Below, one piece after another: positions 28,246-41,294 of a stretch of DNA of 64,000 nt. Each line of letters opens with the position of its first letter. Position 1 is the stretch's first letter. The translations under genes were made by a program, and so were the position numbers. Source of the stretch: Desulfobacterales bacterium (GTDB taxonomy: Bacteria > Desulfobacterota > Desulfobacteria > Desulfobacterales > UBA11574); assembly GCA_022340885.1 (NCBI GenBank), contig JAJDND010000159.1:3395-67394 (forward strand), in the 5' to 3' direction. Below the pieces are notes generated by a model. It was given only the letters and a program-made list of their open reading frames with translations, was not told the origin of the DNA and did not search any database.

Positions 28246-31200
28246 GTTTATCCCTTATTTTGACCTTCCAGGCATGGCCTTTTTCACGGCCTGTTTGAAA
28301 TGAATAGTAGAGGGCCGGAATCAAAAAAATACCCATCAGCGTCGCCGCCAGCATACCGGAAAAAACGGTGGTGCCGATGGCCCGTCGACTGCTGGCGCCC
28401 GCACCGCTCGCGATAACCAAGGGCGCCACACCGAGAATAAACGTAAAAGCGGTCATCAACACCGGACGAAAACGGATCTTCGCGCCTTCAATGGCGGCCT
28501 TTTCCACCGAATATCCCTGTTCTCTCCGGTCCTTGGCGAACTCTACGATCAAAATGGCGTTCTTCGCAGCCAGGCCCACCAACAAAACCAGGCCGATCTG
28601 CGCGTAAATGCTAAAGCTGAGTCCGGCGATCCACAAACCGGCCAGCGCTCCCAGACTGGCCACCGGAATCGACAGGATAATGGAAAGGGGGATATTCCAA
28701 CTCTCGTATTGTGCCACCAGGAAAAGATAACCAAAAAGCAGCGCCAGCGCGAACAAATATGAAACTTTCCCGCCAGCCTTGCGTTCTTGAAAGGACATCG
28801 ACGACCAGTCAAATGAATAGCCGGGCGGTAGCGTCTTGGTCCCCAGGCGCTCCATGGAAGCCATGGCCTCTCCCGAGGAAAAACCTGGCGACGCATTGCC
28901 GTTGATCTGTACACTGGTGAACTGGTTATAACGGTAGACGATTTGGGGCGCCAGCACCGTGGACAGGGTGATCAGGCTTTTCATGGGCACCATTTTATTG
29001 TCGTCGCTTCGGACATACAGCCGGTTGATATCGTCCATCGTGTCCCGGTATCGGGCCTCTGCCTGAACATTGACCTGATAGGTCCTGCCGTACAGGTTGA
29101 AATCGTTGACATAACCTGAACCGAGATTTTTATTGAGCGTGCCAAAAACCCGGCTGACCGGCACTTTGAGCGTTTCGGCCCGGGTGCGGTCCAGATTCAC
29201 AAAAATCTGAGGCGTGTTCGCCGTATACGTCGAAAAGACCCGCATCAATGTCGGGTCCTGATTGGCAGCGATAACCAGAGATCGGGTCACCGCGGCGATG
29301 TCCCGGGGAGGCTGACTTTCAAGTACCTGAAGCCGAAAGTCAAAACCGCCTGTCGTTCCCAGACCGAATATGGGCGGCGGCGCAAAGGCAAAGATATTGG
29401 CCGAGGAAATACCGGCAAGTCTGGCCTGTGCCTGGCCGAGAACGGCCTCTAATTTCTGATTCGGACGGGTCCGTTGGTCCCATGGTTTCAGGACGACAAT
29501 ACCGAATCCGACATTTTCGGCCGTGCCGCTGAGCAGGCTGAATCCACTGACACCCAGAAAATCATCAATGCCGTCTATGTCTCGTAAGGCCGTTGTCGCG
29601 CGTTCCATAACCCTGTTGGTCCTGTCCAAAGTGGCGCCTTCAGGAAGCTGTGTATTGATAAAAAAGACCCCCTGGTCTTCCTGGGGCAAAAAGCTGGTGG
29701 GGCTGTGGCTGAAAATAAACCAGGCGGCGCCGATAACGCCGGCAAAGAGCAAAAATGCGACCATCAGCTTGCGAATGAGCCAAGCGGCGCCGGCGACATA
29801 CATATTGCGTGAGGTTTCCAGCGCCCGGTTGAACCAAGCCAGCGGACCGTGTTTCGGAATTTTCGGCGCTTTGAGCAAAACAGCACAAAGGGCAGGGCTT
29901 AATGTTAAAGCATTGATCGCCGAGATGACCACGGCCGTGCAAATGGTCACGGCGAATTGTTTATAAAGCTGGCCGGTGATGCCGGGCATGAACCCCACCG
30001 GCACGAACACGGCCAAAAGCACCAGGGTCGTAGCGACGATGGGTCCGGTGACCTGCCCCATGGCGTGAATGGTTGCCGCCTTTGCGCCGAGCTTTCGTTT
30101 ATCCATGACCCTGTATACGTTTTCAACGACCACGATGGCATCGTCCACCACCAGGCCGATGGCCATGATAAGGGCGAACAGGGAAAGGGTGTTGGCGGTG
30201 TATCCCAGCGCCAGCAAAACGGCAAAAGTACCGATAAGCGAGACCGGAATGGTGACCGTGGGGACCAGCGTGGCCCGCCAGTCTTGCAGAAAAATGAAGT
30301 TCACGAACAAAACCAGAAGAAAGGTAATGACAAGGGTCAGCTCGATCTCGTGAATCGCCGCGGAAACGTATTTGGTGGTATCGTAAAAAACATCGTACTG
30401 AACATCGCTGGGCTGCCGCTGTGCAAGATGGTTGAGTTCGGCCCGTACGGCTTTCATGGTATTCAGAGCGTTGGCGTTGGAAGACCGGTAGATTCCGATC
30501 GCCAAGGACGCCTGGCCGTTAAAAATCGACCGGGTGAGGTAGGATTTAGCGCCCAGTTCAACACGGGCCACGTCGCGAATTCTCACCAACCCACCTTGAT
30601 CATTGCTGCGGACGACGATGTTTTCAAATTCTTCAGGTTTGTCAAGCCGTCCTCTGGCTCGCAGGGTGTACTGGAGTTGTTGGCCGCTTTCCGTCGGCGA
30701 TGTTCCGATGGACCCCACTGCGGCCTGGATATTTTGCTGTCTTATGGCGGTGATCACGTCATCGGCGGTCAATCCCCGGGCGGTAAGCCGCTTCGGGTCC
30801 ATCCAGATACGCATGCTGTATTCAAACTCTCCAAAAATAAAAACATCGCTGACACCATTGATCCGCACCAGGGCATCTTTTATATTTCGGCTGACATAGT
30901 TGCTTAAAAAAAGCTTGTCTCGTGTACCTTTGGGAGAAAAGAATTCTACTGCCCCCAATATGTCTGTGGATCGCCTGCGCACATCGATACCCTGATCAAC
31001 CACCGATTGGGGCAGTTTGGAAGTGGCCAGCTGCACCCGGTTCTGCAGATTAACCTGATCGATGTCCGGATCAGTGCCCACTTCAAATGTGACGGCCAGG
31101 GTATATCGACCGTCGTTGGAGCAGGAGGAGGCCATGTAGAGCATTTTTTCCACGCCGTTGACTTCTTTTTCAATGGGCGCGGCGACATTGTCGGCCACAA

Positions 31201-31369
31201 CCCGGGCATTAGCGCCCGGATAGACGGCGGTGACTCGGATCTCCGGCGGTGTAATGTTGGGATACTGGGAAACGGGAATGTTATACAGTGCAATGAGTCC
31301 CGCCAGGGTGATGACGATGGAAATCACCATGGCAAGGCGCGGACGTTCAATGAATATCTGTGAAAACAT
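28232..31369 (-). CDS. RND multidrug efflux permease (AcrB/MexB, HAE-1 type)
   Basis: 1045 aa. [15 protein letters not shown]... N-terminus and TM4 motif [14 protein letters not shown]. 12-TM, two-large-loop architecture. Confidence 0.95.
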   Translation of the reverse strand: MFSQIFIERPRLAMVISIVITLAGLIALYNIPVSQYPNITPPEIRVTAVYPGANARVVADNVAAPIEKEVNGVEKMLYMASSCSNDGRYTLAVTFEVGTDPDIDQVNLQNRVQLATSKLPQSVVDQGIDVRRRSTDILGAVEFFSPKGTRDKLFLSNYVSRNIKDALVRINGVSDVFIFGEFEYSMRIWMDPKRLTARGLTADDVITAIRQQNIQAAVGSIGTSPTESGQQLQYTLRARGRLDKPEEFENIVVRSNDQGGLVRIRDVARVELGAKSYLTRSIFNGQASLAIGIYRSSNANALNTMKAVRAELNHLAQRQPSDVQYDVFYDTTKYVSAAIHEIELTLVITFLLVLFVNFIFLQDWRATLVPTVTIPVSLIGTFAVLLALGYTANTLSLFALIMAIGLVVDDAIVVVENVYRVMDKRKLGAKAATIHAMGQVTGPIVATTLVLLAVFVPVGFMPGITGQLYKQFAVTICTAVVISAINALTLSPALCAVLLKAPKIPKHGPLAWFNRALETSRNMYVAGAAWLIRKLMVAFLLFAGVIGAAWFIFSHSPTSFLPQEDQGVFFINTQLPEGATLDRTNRVMERATTALRDIDGIDDFLGVSGFSLLSGTAENVGFGIVVLKPWDQRTRPNQKLEAVLGQAQARLAGISSANIFAFAPPPIFGLGTTGGFDFRLQVLESQPPRDIAAVTRSLVIAANQDPTLMRVFSTYTANTPQIFVNLDRTRAETLKVPVSRVFGTLNKNLGSGYVNDFNLYGRTYQVNVQAEARYRDTMDDINRLYVRSDDNKMVPMKSLITLSTVLAPQIVYRYNQFTSVQINGNASPGFSSGEAMASMERLGTKTLPPGYSFDWSSMSFQERKAGGKVSYLFALALLFGYLFLVAQYESWNIPLSIILSIPVASLGALAGLWIAGLSFSIYAQIGLVLLVGLAAKNAILIVEFAKDRREQGYSVEKAAIEGAKIRFRPVLMTAFTFILGVAPLVIASGAGASSRRAIGTTVFSGMLAATLMGIFLIPALYYSFQTGREKGHAWKVKIRDKHDAE

Positions 31370-31372
31370 GGA

Positions 31373-32614
31373 TCATCTCCCTTGGTGTTCATCGGCGGTA
31401 ATGGTTTTCACAGTCTGACCGGGCCGGACTTTCTGAACGCCCTCAACGATGACCCTTTCATTGACGGATAGACCGGATTCCACGGCCCAGTTGGCCCCGA
31501 CCACGGGGCCGGTTTTAATCCGTCGCACGCCAACGCGGCTTTGATTATCCACCAGAAGAACATATCGTCCTTCGTGATCTTCCAGAACCGCCGTCTGGGG
31601 CACCACGGGCATGGGTTTCGGTGTGCTTTTAGTAACCAGAATGGTGACATACTGTCCTGGAAGCAAAGTGCCGTCGAGATTCTTAAACAAGGCCCGAACC
31701 GCAATGGTGCCCGTGGAAACATCCACGGTATTGTCCACGAAATCCACATGGCCTTTCATTTTGAGAATTTGACCGTCTGCCAGCTTGATTCTCGGCATCA
31801 GCATGGGATTTCTTTTACCCTTATCAGCATCTTTAAGGGCGATATGAACGGCGGAGAGATCGTTTTCGCTGATGGAATATACCACTCGAATCGGATCCAG
31901 TTGAACGATTCGGGCCAGAGTACCGGAATTGGGCCCGACCAAATTCCCTATTGTAAAAGCGGTTCGTCCGATGCGACCGCTGATGGGCGCCTTGATGGAT
32001 GTGTAGTTCAGATTGATTCGGGCGATTTGAAGATTGGCTTTAGCCTGCTCGAGCTGGGCTTTGGCGCGGAGTTCTTCGGCCACAGCATTATCCAGATCCG
32101 TTGCGGATATTCCGCCGGAGCGGACGTTTTGCGCCCGCCGGAGGTATTGCTGCGCCTTGGTGAGTATCGCTTCAGCCTGGGCCAGCGAGGCTTTGTCCGC
32201 ATCAACTTTGGCCAGGTAGGGCGCCTGTTCGATTACGTAGAGAAGATCCCCGGCGTGAACATCGCTTCCCTCCTTGAATTCGACCCTTTCCAGAAAACCC
32301 TCCACCCGGGCTCTTAGATTAACGCTCTGGACAGCCTCCACATGACCCACATATTCCGACGGAGGGTTGACATCCTGTTCGATCACCTTGGCGACTGTGA
32401 CCTGAGGCTGCGGTCCGGTTGTCGGACCAGCGGGTGCGGCTATTGCTTTACAGTGTATCCCGAGTATCAGCAGTATACTCAAAAACAAAATAGACGGTCC
32501 GTTTAAAAGGTCCCTCGCGTCTTTTTTGTTATACCGGGCTTCAGAATATTTGCTGTTGCCGTCAATCGCAGCGGTTGCCGTTTGAACACAACCGGATTTA
32601 AGCTTCATTCTCAT
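31373..32614 (-). CDS. RND efflux periplasmic adaptor (AcrA/MexA family)
   Basis: 413 aa maximal ORF. Lipoyl/hairpin/beta-barrel order (VEAVQSVNLRARVEGFLERVEFKEGSDVHAGDLLYVIE, coiled coil, YTSIKAPISGRIG). The start is uncertain. Confidence 0.9.
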   Translation of the reverse strand: MRMKLKSGCVQTATAAIDGNSKYSEARYNKKDARDLLNGPSILFLSILLILGIHCKAIAAPAGPTTGPQPQVTVAKVIEQDVNPPSEYVGHVEAVQSVNLRARVEGFLERVEFKEGSDVHAGDLLYVIEQAPYLAKVDADKASLAQAEAILTKAQQYLRRAQNVRSGGISATDLDNAVAEELRAKAQLEQAKANLQIARINLNYTSIKAPISGRIGRTAFTIGNLVGPNSGTLARIVQLDPIRVVYSISENDLSAVHIALKDADKGKRNPMLMPRIKLADGQILKMKGHVDFVDNTVDVSTGTIAVRALFKNLDGTLLPGQYVTILVTKSTPKPMPVVPQTAVLEDHEGRYVLLVDNQSRVGVRRIKTGPVVGANWAVESGLSVNERVIVEGVQKVRPGQTVKTITADEHQGR

Positions 32615-32777
32615 TGGTTATGATCCTTATCGACAAAAAAAGAGAAATAAGATCGATTGAACTATCGCATAATTCAGGTTGACAAAAATAAGTGTCTGGA
32701 ATAAATTATTTTATGATGGAGCCATTCCCCTTGAGTACCCATTCTGATGTTACCTTCATATAAATAACGATAAGCTT

Positions 32778-33896
32778 ATGGTCAGCACAAAGCTTCACAA
32801 AAAGATTGAGCACCTTTTATCTTTGGCCGATGTTCGAATAAACGGCGACCGTCCATGGGATATCCAGGTTTATCATGAAAAGCTATACCCGCGCATCCTT
32901 GCCGAAGGTTCGCTCGGTCTCGGCGAAGCGTATATGGACGGATGGTGGGATTGTGATAAGGTCGACGCGTTCATTTGCAGGATCTTAAAAGCAAATATAG
33001 ATGATAAAGTCAATCCCCGAATGGAAGCCTTGTCTTACATTAAAGCCCGAATTTTCAATCTTCAAAAACCTGATTCATGTTTTTTGAACTGCCAGCATCA
33101 CTATGATATCGGCAATGATCTTTACCGATTTATGTTGGACAAGTTTCGGATATATAGCTGCGCTTACTGGAAAAACGCAACTTCTCTCGATGAAGCCCAG
33201 GAAAATAAATTGGATCTGATTTGCCGGAAGATGTTTTTAAAACCGGGAATGCGCGTTCTCGATATCGGATGCGGGTGGGGCGGAACCGCGAAGTATATGG
33301 CCGAAAATTATGATGTCGAGGTCGTGGGGGTCACGGTTTCAAAAAAACAAGCCAGTTTTGCCGAAAAATTTTGTGAAGGGCTTCCGGTGACCATTCGCCT
33401 CGAAGACTACCGAAGCATAGAAGGGGTTTTCGATCGCATTGTTTCCGTCGGTATGATCGAACATGTCGGATACAAAAACTATAAAACATTCATGAACGTG
33501 GCGCGTCAAAGCATTAAAGAAGACGGTCTTTTTGTTTTACAAACCATCGGCGGCAATAGCAGCGTAAAAAAAACCGACCCCTGGATCAGCCGGTATATTT
33601 TTCCAAATTCCCTTCTACCATCCGCAAAACAACTGACCGAAGCCATTGAAAAATTATTCGTTCTCGAAGACTGGCATAATTTTGGTCAGGATTACGACAA
33701 AACGCTGATGAACTGGTTTCAAAATTTCGATGACAACTGGCACCGTCTCAAAGATAAATATGGCGAGCGTTTCTATCGCATGTGGAAATTCTATCTTTTG
33801 TCCTGTGCCGGTACATTTCGCGCAAGGGACAACCAGCTATGGCAAATCGTTCTTTCGCCCCACGGTACACCGGGCGGGTATTTTGCTCCGCGTTAA
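32778..33896 (+). CDS. cfa: Cyclopropane-fatty-acyl-phospholipid synthase
   Basis: 372 aa. HYDIGNDLYRFMLD, SAM-binding VLDIGCGWGG, MIEHVG, and the C-terminal WKFYLLSCAGTFRA, all typical of Cfa. Confidence 0.9.
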   Translation: MVSTKLHKKIEHLLSLADVRINGDRPWDIQVYHEKLYPRILAEGSLGLGEAYMDGWWDCDKVDAFICRILKANIDDKVNPRMEALSYIKARIFNLQKPDSCFLNCQHHYDIGNDLYRFMLDKFRIYSCAYWKNATSLDEAQENKLDLICRKMFLKPGMRVLDIGCGWGGTAKYMAENYDVEVVGVTVSKKQASFAEKFCEGLPVTIRLEDYRSIEGVFDRIVSVGMIEHVGYKNYKTFMNVARQSIKEDGLFVLQTIGGNSSVKKTDPWISRYIFPNSLLPSAKQLTEAIEKLFVLEDWHNFGQDYDKTLMNWFQNFDDNWHRLKDKYGERFYRMWKFYLLSCAGTFRARDNQLWQIVLSPHGTPGGYFAPR

Positions 33897-33920
33897 TCTG
33901 ACTTTTTCATAATACAACCA

Positions 33921-36900
33921 TTAAAACAGCTTTAACTGCCGGTGGCCGGTTTCGGTTTTTTTTGACGGCGCCATCGTTTCATGGGTAACCAAATTTTCTT
34001 CGATTTCACGGACAAACGGCGACAGGGTCTGCTTCTTGATTTTCCCGAATCTTTTTCGTGTTTTTGAAAAGGTGATAAAAAGGCGATGTTTGGCGCGGGT
34101 CATGGCGACATAAAACAGGCGCCGTTCCTCTTCGAGGTTCGAGGGTTCGTTATATACGGATTGAAACGGCAGCAAACCGTTTTCACAGCCACAAATAAAA
34201 ACCACCGGAAATTCCAGCCCTTTTGAAGCGTGCATGGTCATCAATGAAACGCATTCACATTGATATTGGTACATATCGGTATCTGTCTGTAATGCGCAAG
34301 TTTTCAAAAAATCTTTGGCATCGGTATCGGAATGTGTATAAAGATCGATCACGTGCTTTAAAGCACGTTCTGTTTTTTGATCCCATTGCTCAGAATTTGA
34401 CAACCGAGTGTAATCTAAAATAAAAAGAAGCTTTTCCCCCATGGATAGGTTATGTATCCTATGTTTTATTTTAAAAATTTCGCCGGTTACATCAACAATC
34501 TTTGTTTGCAGTGTTCTTCCCATCTCTTTAATGGGAATCCTGCGGACATGTATCAGCGCAGTTTCCAGCGACATTCGTTTCCCGATGCACCAACTTTTGA
34601 AAATTTGCAGAGATTTTTTTGCCAGCGTCGGTTTGATTATTTTCGAGCTTCTTTCAAAGTCGGAAAAACTTCCGGTTCCCTCCACCACTTTTAATAATGA
34701 CACCAGATTGCCGATGCTTTCTGAATGGAGTATATTTTCTCTGCTCACGGTTTGATAAGGAATACCTGCGGCATCGAAAATTTGTGACAACACCTTGTTT
34801 TGTTCCGAAGTGCGATACAGAACGGCAAAATCAGAAAATCCCAAATTTTCCTGAAACGGTTGTTCTCGAACATGACCAAAATCAATGGAATGAAACCCTG
34901 TGCCCCCCATCAGTTGTTCTATGTTTTTTCCGATGGCTACCGCTTCTGATTTTTCAGAATTTGCCTCGATAACAGAAATCGTTTTTTTACCGCTTATTTC
35001 TGAATAGATGCGTTCTTTAAATGAAATTTCGCCCTGCGCTTGAATCACTTGATAGGAACCGTCGAGAATGGTCTGGGTCGATCGGTAGTTTTGCGTCAGT
35101 TTGATGATTTGCGCATCCGGATAATCGTTAACAAAGCGGTTGAAATATTCGGCGCTCGATCCTCTGAATCCATAAATGCACTGGTTAGGATCACCGACGA
35201 CACAAATTTTTCTATCGAGGCCGGGTGGAACAAGGGCTTTGATGATCCTGTACTGGCCGTGATTTAAGTCTTGATATTCGTCCACAAAAATATATTGAAA
35301 AAACTTCCGATATGAATCGGTGACGTGATTATTTTTCTCGAGCAGGCGAACGGTTTTGAATATCAGATCCTCATAATCGCAAAGACTTTGTATGGCCAAC
35401 AATTCTTGATAGGACTGATAGACTGCGTGAAAATATTTTTTCTTTGGATCGTCGGTATGCTTTAACCATTCATTGGGATCCAGAATGTTTTGCTTGGCGG
35501 AGATGATCTGTTCAAGCAACTTTTTGGGTTTGATATGTATTGAATCCAGCGATGTTTTGGCCTGTTTGATGGCATCGTTTAACAAAAGTTCACGATCTTT
35601 TTCGTCAATGACCGTATAGGCGTCGTTTTCCTGTTGCTTTAAAATATGAAAGCAAAGGCTGTGAAACGTTCCGACGAAAGCCTTTGTTTTCGTTTTTTTC
35701 AACAGTCGTTCGAGTCGGTGGCGCATTTCAAGGGCCGATTTATTGGTGAATGTTACCGCAAGGATATTTTCCGATGGAACATTTTTTTCCAGGGTAAGAA
35801 AGGCCATTTTATGGGTCAGCGTTCTGGTTTTGCCGGTTCCGGGACCCGCAATGATGATCATCGCCTTTTCGTTATTTTTCACGGCACGGCGCTGTTGGCG
35901 ATTCAGCGCTATGGTGTAGTCTTTTTCTGCTGCCGGCGTTTGAGACCCATCTTTTAAGAATTTATGAAATAATAAAGATGCAGTCGGTTTTTGATATTCC
36001 TTTTTTTGTATATTCTCGTTGGTCCGGGATGCTTTTACAAAAAACAAAGGTTTTTGCCTGTTTAGCTTTTGTCGTTCTTCTGAATCGAATATTTTTATTT
36101 TTCCGAATTCTCCATCATAACCGGGCAATAGAACGATGTCGTTCTGTCTTACTTTCGTGATGGCGTCGCTCAGCAGGGGAAGACCCGCGGAATCTATTTT
36201 ATCATTGTCCAGCGTCGTTAAAATGTCCAATTCAGACCCCAATTTTTCAAGCAAATCTTTATAGGTTTCCATTACTTTTTTTGAGGTCGGACCGACGTTC
36301 AACACTTCGGACAAGATTTCGACAAGTGGAATCGCATTGAAATACGGATGGTGGCTTTTAGGTTTGACCCCCGGCGGTCGATCCGCCAGTTCCTCAACCC
36401 GGTACAACACGCCCAAGGTCATCGGTTTATTACAGACCGGGCACATGCCGCCAGACTTCTTTGTTTTATCGGGCCAGGAGCGGACTTGACAATTCCGATG
36501 ACCGTCAAGATGATATTTTCCTTCCTCCGGATAAAACTCCAGCGTACCGATGAATCTTTTGGGATCCCCGCTTTGGAGTGCGGATCTTATGGCCGAAAAT
36601 GACAATTGGGTATCAAACAGGTTTGCTTCCCTTCCCAGTTTTAATGGTGAATGGGCATCGGAATTGGAAATCAGTGTCATCCCGTCCAGTGCCGAGACGC
36701 GCCAATTCATTTCAGGATCCGAAGAAAGACCTGTTTCAACGGCAAAGATATGAGACGTGAGATCCTCGAAACATTCATCTATAGAATCGAAACCTGATTT
36801 TGAACCCAACAGCGAAAACCACGGCGTCCAAATATGAGCGGGTACGAGAAACCCACTATCGTCGGTTTCGAGAAGCATTTCCAAAAGATCCCTGGCATCA

Positions 36901-37325
36901 AGACCCAGTATCGGCCGGCCGTCGGATTTGATATTTCCGATCTTATCGAGTTTTGAAGCAAAATTATCCGCCTGATTAACATCAGACAAAAAAACAAGAT
37001 TATGATTCTTTCGGGTCTTTTTATTTTTCTTGTAGATATTGCTGATTTCAGAAACCAGCATAAAGCGCACTTCTCTGCGGCACGACTCAGGTACCTGTCG
37101 ATCGCATTGTCTTGAAAATTCTTTTTTCAATTCAAACAGTCCGGATTCCGCAGGCACCAGTTTTTCTTTGATTTCCGCCAACCAGCCCGGATGCGTAAAA
37201 TCGCCAGTCCCGATAACGGTGATGCCTTTAAGCTGAGCCGCAATATATAAGCTTTCAAGATCCAAATTTTTTGACGTTGCTCTTGAAAAACGAGAATGAA
37301 CGTGAAAATCCGCTACAAATTTCAT
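33921..37325 (-). CDS. Fusion protein: N-terminal PHP-domain EndoQ-like nuclease + C-terminal UvrD/PcrA-type SF1 helicase
   Basis: 1134 aa. Residues 1-~415: FHVHSRFSRATS, VPAHIWTPW, NSDAHSP, and an H-x2-C-x15-C-x2-C cluster (GHRNC...CPVC). Residues ~470-1134: AGPGTGKT, VDEYQD, MTMHASKGLEFPVVF, YVAMTRAK. Confidence 0.9.
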   Translation of the reverse strand: MKFVADFHVHSRFSRATSKNLDLESLYIAAQLKGITVIGTGDFTHPGWLAEIKEKLVPAESGLFELKKEFSRQCDRQVPESCRREVRFMLVSEISNIYKKNKKTRKNHNLVFLSDVNQADNFASKLDKIGNIKSDGRPILGLDARDLLEMLLETDDSGFLVPAHIWTPWFSLLGSKSGFDSIDECFEDLTSHIFAVETGLSSDPEMNWRVSALDGMTLISNSDAHSPLKLGREANLFDTQLSFSAIRSALQSGDPKRFIGTLEFYPEEGKYHLDGHRNCQVRSWPDKTKKSGGMCPVCNKPMTLGVLYRVEELADRPPGVKPKSHHPYFNAIPLVEILSEVLNVGPTSKKVMETYKDLLEKLGSELDILTTLDNDKIDSAGLPLLSDAITKVRQNDIVLLPGYDGEFGKIKIFDSEERQKLNRQKPLFFVKASRTNENIQKKEYQKPTASLLFHKFLKDGSQTPAAEKDYTIALNRQQRRAVKNNEKAMIIIAGPGTGKTRTLTHKMAFLTLEKNVPSENILAVTFTNKSALEMRHRLERLLKKTKTKAFVGTFHSLCFHILKQQENDAYTVIDEKDRELLLNDAIKQAKTSLDSIHIKPKKLLEQIISAKQNILDPNEWLKHTDDPKKKYFHAVYQSYQELLAIQSLCDYEDLIFKTVRLLEKNNHVTDSYRKFFQYIFVDEYQDLNHGQYRIIKALVPPGLDRKICVVGDPNQCIYGFRGSSAEYFNRFVNDYPDAQIIKLTQNYRSTQTILDGSYQVIQAQGEISFKERIYSEISGKKTISVIEANSEKSEAVAIGKNIEQLMGGTGFHSIDFGHVREQPFQENLGFSDFAVLYRTSEQNKVLSQIFDAAGIPYQTVSRENILHSESIGNLVSLLKVVEGTGSFSDFERSSKIIKPTLAKKSLQIFKSWCIGKRMSLETALIHVRRIPIKEMGRTLQTKIVDVTGEIFKIKHRIHNLSMGEKLLFILDYTRLSNSEQWDQKTERALKHVIDLYTHSDTDAKDFLKTCALQTDTDMYQYQCECVSLMTMHASKGLEFPVVFICGCENGLLPFQSVYNEPSNLEEERRLFYVAMTRAKHRLFITFSKTRKRFGKIKKQTLSPFVREIEENLVTHETMAPSKKTETGHRQLKLF
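33924..33938 (-). other. C-terminal QLKLF: candidate beta-clamp-binding motif of the nuclease-helicase
   Basis: The minus strand reads cag tta aag ctg ttt taa, giving Q-L-K-L-F-stop. This fits the clamp-binding consensus QL[S/D]LF / QLxLF at the extreme C-terminus. Confidence 0.55.
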
Positions 37326-37707
37326 ATCTCCATCACAATTTAGGGTGTGAAACTTAAGTTGTTCGTTTTGTATTAAAAACTCTTGTCACAAGTCCTTAAA
37401 CAGTATATATATTTATATTAACTAAATTAAAATACCATATATGGTATATTTTGATTTTTTTTTAAGCTTTAATATAAGCGTCAGTGGTGCTGCCTTTTAT
37501 ATTGATATTTTTTCGATAAATCATTACTTATGAACAATAAATTTTATTCCTTTGATAATCTATTATTTATTTAAACGCTTCTTGGTTTTTATAAACAAAA
37601 TAAAAATGGTTATTTTTTAGTAAAATAAATAGGTTATGAAATTATTATATATATCGACATTCTTTTAATATAATATTATCTAAAGATATATAAATAAGGA
37701 ATAGAGA
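37326..37707. other. Extremely AT-rich divergent intergenic region (promoters of the nuclease-helicase and dnaN; possible DNA-unwinding or origin-associated element)
   Basis: Counted example: only 8 G/C in the 60 nt 37621-37680. Long A/T runs throughout. I found no canonical DnaA box (TTATCCACA). Confidence 0.3.
37432..37447. repeat. Perfect 16-bp palindrome ATACCATATATGGTAT
   Basis: Read directly from the sequence. It is self-complementary over all 16 positions and sits centrally in the AT-rich spacer. Confidence 0.6.
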
Positions 37708-41261
<3,554 letters not shown>

Positions 41262-41294
41262 CGGCCTTTCGTTTGGAGGAGAGAAGGAAAATCG

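Noticed and set aside
37326-37707. Calling the dnaN-upstream spacer oriC outright.
   Set aside because: There are no canonical or one-mismatch DnaA boxes, dnaA is not adjacent, and extreme AT-richness alone also fits a divergent promoter region. I kept it only as a hypothesis in the findings.
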